From positions 76,229 to 140,228 of the forward strand of contig CAXXTH010000008.1 in the NCBI GenBank assembly GCA_963668025.2: a DNA stretch of 64,000 nt, read 5' to 3'. Source of the DNA: Candidatus Hydrogenedentota bacterium. Its GTDB lineage: Bacteria > Hydrogenedentota > Hydrogenedentia > Hydrogenedentales > SLHB01. The position numbers and the translations under genes were made by a program. Shown piece by piece: positions 57,647 through 64,000 of this stretch; position 1 is the stretch's first letter; each line of letters starts with the position of its first letter. The notes under the pieces were generated by a model. It ran no database searches and was not told the origin of the DNA. It saw nothing but the letters and a program-made list of their open reading frames with translations.

Positions 57647-58160
57647 CTTTTTTCTCTTCTTCGCTGCTTTCAAGCGCCTCGAGCTGCGCTTGAAGCTCAA
57701 GTTTGGCCTGTTGCAGTTCACCAAAGGTTAAATTGGGATCGCGAACCTCGATCAATCGATTTCCTACACGATCCACAAATAGGGCCACACTGGCTTCATC
57801 TCCACGTTCTGATTCTTTTATTAATCGAAACGCCTTTTGCCGGCGGAGTAACTGGGCGGCAAGAAACGCTCGAGCCAGGTCCGGCCGTTCTTCAGAAGCT
57901 ACCGCCTCATAAAAAATGGTGCGCAACGGAGAAGCCGCTTCCTGTTCTTGCTCTAGCTCCGCGTTTGGATCATGATACCGCGTGGTCCAAACGGCTACAG
58001 CCCCCTTGCCTAGTTCGTCATTCCAGGCGCTTTGGGCGTAATCCTCTCGAATAAATGCAGTTCCATCACTTTTCACAAGCGATACAACTTCATCGCCATG
58101 TTCAAAAGGCTTTCCCGTGCGCAAACAAATCTTCGCGCTTTTGCCAATCTTGACTTCCAT
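57627..58160 (-). CDS. hypothetical protein with an acidic coiled-coil tail
   Basis: 177-aa ORF in operon-like register with its neighbours. No family recognised. Confidence 0.5.
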   Translation of the reverse strand: MEVKIGKSAKICLRTGKPFEHGDEVVSLVKSDGTAFIREDYAQSAWNDELGKGAVAVWTTRYHDPNAELEQEQEAASPLRTIFYEAVASEERPDLARAFLAAQLLRRQKAFRLIKESERGDEASVALFVDRVGNRLIEVRDPNLTFGELQQAKLELQAQLEALESSEEEKKDDVQSQ

Positions 58161-58196
58161 AATGAAGCGGCAACCCCTTACCTGAGCAATGAGCGC

Positions 58197-61100
58197 TTAC
58201 TCTTGTTTCGGCGCTGGGGCCGTTGTTTTTGGCGCCCCCAAAATTCCACCACCCATTTTAAGCAAATCCACAAGCACTTTTCTAGGGATATCTACAACCT
58301 TGACCGCTTCACTCATCACTTCGAGCCCGCCAGTCACCAGCGTAACACTAAGGGAAGGCGCCTCGGCCAATGTGCTTTGCGGTTTGAGCGTGGGGCCTGA
58401 CAGCCGTAAAGATAACTCGATATCTTGCTGGGCGAGGCGATGGCCCTCCAAATTCAAATACTGTTGCAATACCGGCATCTGCTCCGCAGTGGATGGCGCG
58501 ATAGCCAGCTTTACATTATATGCCATTTCTCCGCCTGGCTGGAATTGCCCGTCGGCCGTGACTTTGACGCCTTCGGATTCCAGATTGATTCGTGGCGTCT
58601 CGATAGCACGGCCATTCAAATTTACGTCGCACGACAATGTCGAAAATCGGAGAGAAGGCGGCAGGGAGGAAGTATCTCCATCCGTTTTTCCCCCGCCAAA
58701 CTCAAAAAGCAAAAAGTCCGCGCTGAATTGGCCCTCCGTGATATCAAAGGAGCCAGAACCTTTCAAGGTGTTTGGGTCATTTTTCTCTTTTTCATACGAA
58801 ACATGGCCAGTTATGTTCCCGCGCAACACTTCTGGCAGGCGAAGGTATTGGATAAAATAATCGCACGGAATATTCTCCCATGTATTGCTGGCGCGCGATG
58901 TCTCCGCTTTCCGCTCTCGGTTGTATTCGCCTTTCATGTGTCCTTTTTCTATATCCACTTCATAAGAAGTAAAACCGGCTTCACGGTCATTCATGTAGGC
59001 TTTTCCTACAAAATTCGCACCTTTCCATGGCGGCAGATCTAGCGAGTCCGTCGTAAGATTATAGGTGTAATCTCGCTTTTCCAAAGGATATTTAGCCAAA
59101 AGCTCAGGAGGTATTTGGTCAGGAACGAAATAAACCGCATCTAAAGGCGGCATCGAACTCTTGCCCGCATGTATGGTGAGGTCCCCTGTGCTTCGCTCCC
59201 CATTGGCCATGGCGCTATCTAGCGTAACATCCTGTAAATGCATGGGATACGTAGCCCCATTCGCCAGGATGCGCATATCATCCATACGGCAATGCCCCTT
59301 GGAATGCCAGAGCATGGAGCCATCAGGCGCTGCTCCCGGATCCCGTATCCATTCATACTGGCAATCGGTGGCGGTTCCGCCGATAATAGTATAAGGCATG
59401 CGCAAGCTTTTACCTACGGTGGCGATATCTAGAGATTCAGCTTTAATGAGCGCATGCATTAATCGCATCATCTTTCCATCATGGACCATGGAAAGCTCGA
59501 TATTGCTCGAGGTGCCTGCGGCGCTCACTTGTGCATCTAGCTTGAATGATTTGCGAAGCTTCAATGTCGCGGTGAGATTGGCGTTGCCCGCCAAGCCCGA
59601 AGGTTTTAAAAACCAGGTCCGATATAATACTTCGGTTTGCCCGGCATTTACGGAGCCGCTAAATTGTATTATTCCCGGCTTGAGCTGGGCCTCAATATCG
59701 CCGGTCACGGAGCCAGACAATTCCGTGTGGCGGATTGCGGTGGCCAGCGCCGTTTTTTCAATGGCCGTAAGGGTGCCGCTGGCGCGGGCTTTTCCCGTTT
59801 TCTTCACCAGATCATACTGCAATGATCCGGAAAATGGACTGCCATTTACAAGCGCCGCCAGTGGCGTGATTTCCAGTTGAGTATTGTTAAGATGGACTGT
59901 TCCCGTCAGATTCGTGGCGGAAAAACCAGATGAGCCCGAATCGATGCTTCCACCTACAAGATTGACAGTCCCGGATATGGTTTTATCTCGATAATTCCAT
60001 GACGCCTCCAAGGGGCCAAAAGCAAGTTCGCCTTTTGGGTATCGTTTGTCTTGCGGAACAAAATGGGCCGCACCCGAATGGCCAGTAAGCCGGGCTGTCA
60101 ATTGAGGCTGGGTTAGTGTGCCTGAAACGAAAAGAGAAACCGGCTCAATCTCAGGAAAGTCCAAACGGAGTTCGCCATACGATTGAATCGGGCCTCCATA
60201 CTTCGCAAACAGGGCATCAAATAGCTCCTGGGAACCGAGTAGCTGGACTTCTGAGGCCAAATCCAGTTCGATTTCGGGGGAGTTCATATCTACTTTGCCT
60301 CGAAATGATGCAGCCGCCAAATCCGTACTGAGTTGGGCGCTTGTAATCGAAAGCATTTTTTCTCCCAGGGCATATCGCGCTTGAACCAGAAGATGGCCTG
60401 ATGGGGGAAGAGGAATATCAGTGGTAACCGTAGTGGCGATTTGCTCGGCTGAAGCATCGAGTTCAATTGCGATAGGTTCGCCTTGCTGCCGTTCCAGGCG
60501 AAGACTGGCTTGAATGGAGCCTTCGGTAATAACCTGTTGAGCAGACGGCAGAAATGGATTAATGTCTTGAGCAGTCAAGCCGGAGCATTGCATACGCACG
60601 AAAAAATCATCCAGAGATGTAACGTAAGCTTTACTTTGTATGCGTTTGTAAGGATCGCCAGCCCAATCTCCGTTGAGTTCTGTTTCTAGTTGGCCGTACC
60701 GAAGGGGGCTGCCCAAACGGAAACCCACATTTTTAAGACGTATTGGAGGATATCCGCTTTCCGGCATCTGGAGTTCTATACTGCATTTTTCCCCGCGAAT
60801 ATCGAAAGGCAACGCATTCAACAGCACCATTGCATCGAAGTGGCTATTCGAAGGCCTAAGACTTCGGATTGGGCTGGGAGGAAGGAGCACTTGCAAGGTG
60901 GCGCCATCTAGATGGATGGTATCCACGGATACTATGCCTGATAATAGGTCAATGAGATGGACTTGCGCTACGGCGAGCGGCAAGTCCAGTTTTACAACAG
61001 CCCCTGAGGCGAATTGTTTGCATATGGAAGGCTCTTCAATCCGAAGCCCCTTCATGCCCACGAGAGAGAGCGATTTGAATGCGACTTGGGTGCCGGTCTG

Positions 61101-61241
61101 GCGTTCCAGTTCACGGATAACGGTCTCTCGGAGCGTATCCAAATTATGGCGCGCCAGCAACGCGCCAGCGGTGCATAAAATCGATAAAACTAAAAACACC
61201 CCTACCCATAGCCGTGCTGCACGGCTGTACGTATTAAGCAT
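58197..61241 (-). CDS. AsmA/TamB/YhdP-like large envelope protein
   Basis: N-terminal TM anchor (LWVGVFLVLSILCTAGALL) followed by ~1000 aa of beta-rich sequence. The start is set at ATG 61241 to avoid overlapping recA; the ORF extends to 61316. Confidence 0.5.
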   Translation of the reverse strand: MLNTYSRAARLWVGVFLVLSILCTAGALLARHNLDTLRETVIRELERQTGTQVAFKSLSLVGMKGLRIEEPSICKQFASGAVVKLDLPLAVAQVHLIDLLSGIVSVDTIHLDGATLQVLLPPSPIRSLRPSNSHFDAMVLLNALPFDIRGEKCSIELQMPESGYPPIRLKNVGFRLGSPLRYGQLETELNGDWAGDPYKRIQSKAYVTSLDDFFVRMQCSGLTAQDINPFLPSAQQVITEGSIQASLRLERQQGEPIAIELDASAEQIATTVTTDIPLPPSGHLLVQARYALGEKMLSITSAQLSTDLAAASFRGKVDMNSPEIELDLASEVQLLGSQELFDALFAKYGGPIQSYGELRLDFPEIEPVSLFVSGTLTQPQLTARLTGHSGAAHFVPQDKRYPKGELAFGPLEASWNYRDKTISGTVNLVGGSIDSGSSGFSATNLTGTVHLNNTQLEITPLAALVNGSPFSGSLQYDLVKKTGKARASGTLTAIEKTALATAIRHTELSGSVTGDIEAQLKPGIIQFSGSVNAGQTEVLYRTWFLKPSGLAGNANLTATLKLRKSFKLDAQVSAAGTSSNIELSMVHDGKMMRLMHALIKAESLDIATVGKSLRMPYTIIGGTATDCQYEWIRDPGAAPDGSMLWHSKGHCRMDDMRILANGATYPMHLQDVTLDSAMANGERSTGDLTIHAGKSSMPPLDAVYFVPDQIPPELLAKYPLEKRDYTYNLTTDSLDLPPWKGANFVGKAYMNDREAGFTSYEVDIEKGHMKGEYNRERKAETSRASNTWENIPCDYFIQYLRLPEVLRGNITGHVSYEKEKNDPNTLKGSGSFDITEGQFSADFLLFEFGGGKTDGDTSSLPPSLRFSTLSCDVNLNGRAIETPRINLESEGVKVTADGQFQPGGEMAYNVKLAIAPSTAEQMPVLQQYLNLEGHRLAQQDIELSLRLSGPTLKPQSTLAEAPSLSVTLVTGGLEVMSEAVKVVDIPRKVLVDLLKMGGGILGAPKTTAPAPKQE

Positions 61242-61263
61242 TTGGCCTGGATGTGTTGTCGTG

Positions 61264-62331
61264 TTAATCGCCGGTCTCGGCCTCCGATGACTCCGCAGCC
61301 TCATCGGATGGTTCATGAATCCAAGGCGCGTGTATGGTCTTCAAAATCTGATCCCGTAATGTCTGGCAGACATCTTGGTGCGCTTTGAGATACTGGCGCG
61401 TAACCTCACGCCCTTGCCCGAGGTTTTCTCCGTTCATGGAAAACCAAGCGCCGCTTTTCTGAATGAGCTTATGTTCAATGGCTAAGTCTAGTATATCGCC
61501 TTCTTTAGAGATCCCTTCATCAAACAAGATGTCAAACTCACCTTGCTTGAAAGGAGGGCTCAGCTTGTTTTTGACTACTTTAGCCCGCACCCGGTTGCCC
61601 ACATTCTCGTCGCGATCTTTAACGCCAGAAACCCGGCGTATATCAATCCGAATGCTCGAGTAAAATTTGAGCGCTCTGCCCCCGGTCGTCGTTTCCGGAC
61701 TGCCAAACATTACACCTATTTTTTCACGAATTTGATTGATGAATATGACGAGCGTTTTCGAGCGGCTTATCGAAGCGGTGAGCTTGCGCAGAGCCTGCGA
61801 CATAAGCCGTGCCTGAAGGCCCATGAAGCTGTCGCCCATATCTCCTTCGACTTCCGCCTTGGGCACCATAGCGGCCACGGAGTCGATCACGACAACATCC
61901 ACCGCATTACTTCGAACAAGGGCTTCACAGATTTCAAGTGCTTGCTCCGATGTGTCCGGCTGCGAAACCAAGAGGTTATCAATATCCACGCCAATCTTCG
62001 CCGCGAAACCGGGATCGAGGGCATGTTCAGCGTCAATGTAGCAAGCCACGCCACCGTTCTGTTGTGCGGTAGCGACCACATGCAAGGCTAGCGTCGTCTT
62101 ACCAGATGACTCTGGACCAAAAATTTCCACGACACGTCCTGCGGGAAGGCCGCCTAAACCGGTGGCAATGTCTAAAGAAAGGCTTCCTGTGGATATGGCG
62201 GGCACATGCTGCTCAAAATGATCATCTCCAAGACGAAGCAAAGTTCCCCGCCCAAATTGTTTTTCCAACTGGGCGACGGCGATGTCAAGAGCTTTTTTCT
62301 TTGAGTTGGCGTCTTCCGCTTTTGTGGCCAT
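61264..62331 (-). CDS. recA: recombinase RecA
   Basis: Contains [64 protein letters not shown] and [22 protein letters not shown]. Confidence 0.95.
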   Translation of the reverse strand: MATKAEDANSKKKALDIAVAQLEKQFGRGTLLRLGDDHFEQHVPAISTGSLSLDIATGLGGLPAGRVVEIFGPESSGKTTLALHVVATAQQNGGVACYIDAEHALDPGFAAKIGVDIDNLLVSQPDTSEQALEICEALVRSNAVDVVVIDSVAAMVPKAEVEGDMGDSFMGLQARLMSQALRKLTASISRSKTLVIFINQIREKIGVMFGSPETTTGGRALKFYSSIRIDIRRVSGVKDRDENVGNRVRAKVVKNKLSPPFKQGEFDILFDEGISKEGDILDLAIEHKLIQKSGAWFSMNGENLGQGREVTRQYLKAHQDVCQTLRDQILKTIHAPWIHEPSDEAAESSEAETGD

Positions 62332-62520
62332 TCTGGTGACTCCTTTATGGGAAGCTGAATAAACATTCATGTCTGCCGCATCATGTCACATTCCATCTTT
62401 CTTGTCAAGCTCTTTCGTATTTTCCTATGCCTGGCGCCAAGGCCGTGAGTATTCGGAGCCAGACGCATATACCGGATTAGCTCCTCCTGCTGGGAATGGT
62501 GAGTTTCGCGGGAAAATGAA

Positions 62521-62596
62521 TGGAGCGGGATACGGGGTTCGAACCCGCGACATCCAGCTTGGGAAGCTGGCACTCTACCAACTGAGTTAATCCCGC
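62521..62596 (-). tRNA. tRNA-Gly (anticodon CCC), CCA encoded
   Basis: Reverse complement is GCGGGAT TA ACTC AGTTGGTA GAGT G CCAGC TTCCCAA GCTGG ATGTC GCGGG TTCGAAC CCCGT ATCCCGC T CCA. Confidence 0.9.
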
Positions 62597-63222
62597 TCAT
62601 GTTGACAACGCGCTAAGTCTAGCATCTGTGGTTTCGAATGTCAATAGCGGCCATGGTGGGGGAGAAAGAAGAATTTCTGTAAATCACTGCAATATTCTAT
62701 TTTAAATCAAACAGCTAGGTTAAATATGTTTTACGTGCTTAAAATTGCATATATGGTCATTTCATATTTCAATATAGGTTTTTAATTTTGTGTATAAATA
62801 GAAAATTTCTAAAAAGATTTCGTTTTGAAATAAAGAATTCATAATGGAGCAAATTCATATGCGGTGGTTGGGCTTCTGTAAACCACTGAAAATGCATGAA
62901 TATTGCCGAAGTTTAGTCTCGTTTTTATGTGTGTAAAGTATTTATTTTTAATTAGATGCAGCAATATGTAAATAAAAAATATTAGGTCAATATATGACAT
63001 CACTGGATGAGGATGCAAATAGATAGAAACCGATAGGCAGGCTAAATGCCAGACTTTTGGATGAGGGGATGATATATAAGACATAATATATATTATCGGA
63101 CGTTAAATGCTGCCCTTGAATTCGCCCTCTGTTACATCAAGTTCCCTGCTCTCTAGGGCTGCATGTTGTGTTTGGCTAACGTGTATTTTTCACGATTGGC
63201 TGGACAGGCTACCGGCGGGTAT

Positions 63223-63513
63223 TTAGAGGGATTCAATAATCTGTTGTAATGAGTCAGAAATTCGACTAAGCGCCTTGACCAGCTCTTTAGTTTCCTGGCT
63301 AGTTTGCCGCTTTAGTCCCTCCCACTCGCAGGCAAAATGCATGGCTGCAAGGAGGGCAAATCGGTGGGAGTCGATGCGGGTGCTTTGATTTTCGATTACT
63401 TGTAATCGCTCATTGAGCATGTCTGCGATCTGCAGCGTGGTTTCTTGGTCAATGAAAACGGGAACGGAAATGTTCTGATTGCCGATTCGGACCGATATCG
63501 TTTCGGCGCTCAT
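63223..63513 (-). CDS. zapA: cell division protein ZapA-like
   Basis: ISVRIGNQNISVPV..ETTLQIADMLNERL..IDSHRFALLAAMHFA. The size and its position after pheT fit zapA. Confidence 0.6.
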   Translation of the reverse strand: MSAETISVRIGNQNISVPVFIDQETTLQIADMLNERLQVIENQSTRIDSHRFALLAAMHFACEWEGLKRQTSQETKELVKALSRISDSLQQIIESL

Positions 63514-63806
63514 TCATGGAACTCCATGCCCAGAGCCTTTGTATGCGCCAATATTTTTAAGAGGCGCGCACGCAATTCGGCATGTAACGACTGAAGCTTT
63601 TGATTCTCCGCCAAAAGGCCGTCATATTCTTGGGAAGCATGCTGATGGGTGGATGTTTCTTTCTTTAAGCGCCAATTCTCCTGTAGCAATTGTTCCCGTT
63701 CAGCGTTTCGCCGGTGTCCCTCTTCCTTGATTTCATACAAGGCCGCCTGCAAATCACGCAGGCCTTGCTCGATAAGGCTCACCTGTGTGGCTACCAAAGG
63801 TTTCAA
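63510..63806 (-). CDS. coiled-coil protein (ZapB-like), translationally coupled to pheT
   Basis: 98 aa, heptad-rich. The TTG start overlaps the pheT TGA (TTGA), and its stop overlaps the zapA start. Confidence 0.5.
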   Translation of the reverse strand: MKPLVATQVSLIEQGLRDLQAALYEIKEEGHRRNAEREQLLQENWRLKKETSTHQHASQEYDGLLAENQKLQSLHAELRARLLKILAHTKALGMEFHE

Positions 63807-64000
63807 CGCAGTTCCGCACCAAATCGTTTACGAAGCTCTTCCAAGATGCTGTCACAAGCCTTTTGAGTGACCTTTTCCGTTAATGTATGGTCTTTTGATA
63901 GAAATACTAAGCTTAATGCTACGCTTTTTTTGTTTTCCGCGACTTGTTTGCCCGTATATACATCGAATAAATCCGCCTCGAGCAGGTATTTACCCCCGGC
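63803..64000 (-). CDS. pheT: phenylalanine-tRNA ligase beta subunit, C-terminal FDX-ACB end; the 5' part lies outside the window
   Basis: My own translation of the minus strand gives AGGKYLLEADLFDVYTGKQVAENKKSVALSLVFLSKDHTLTEKVTQKACDSILEELRKRFGAELR*. Confidence 0.85.
   Translation of the reverse strand, partial: AGGKYLLEADLFDVYTGKQVAENKKSVALSLVFLSKDHTLTEKVTQKACDSILEELRKRFGAELR

Noticed and set aside
62839-63084. 81-aa ORF in the AT-rich spacer
   Set aside because: Its composition is extremely AT-rich and low-complexity (Ile/Leu/Phe/Tyr/Lys/His runs). It has no RBS and no recognisable motif, so it is most likely a chance ORF.

Overview
This 64-kb window is bacterial chromosomal DNA, moderately GC-rich and densely coding. 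It carries many short REP-like palindromes of the kind seen in uncultured PVC/FCB-type genomes; I cannot assign a taxon from sequence alone. Housekeeping anchors are hisB, rpmB, rlmN, panE, recA, the pheT 3' end with zapB-like and zapA genes, tRNA-Glu(CUC) and tRNA-Gly(CCC). I found no rRNA, CRISPR array, transposase, integrase or phage genes.

Accessory content:
- **Cyclic glucan locus:** a 2953-aa cyclic beta-1,2-glucan synthase-like gene, followed by a lipoprotein metallophosphoesterase.
- **Chemosensory-like operon:** a receptor-less operon on the minus strand (YtxJ-SixA-CheY-CheA-CheD::REC fusion), flanked by two HDOD proteins.
- **Glycosyltransferases and exporter:** two GT4 glycosyltransferases lie next to an unusual 1042-aa multi-domain ABC exporter.
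- **Most striking feature:** a YtrA-type GntR regulator and a single ABC ATPase are followed by four tandem ~1016-1048-aa paralogs. Each looks like a fused double ABC-2-like permease with a large extracytoplasmic domain ending in a GspG/pseudopilin-like motif. Each is preceded by a nearly invariant 5' leader. An FGE/SUMF1-fold protein follows the array.
- **Cytoskeletal module:** a MinD/ParA-like ATPase plus bactofilin.

All functional calls come from by-eye motif recognition in the supplied translations. No database search was run.
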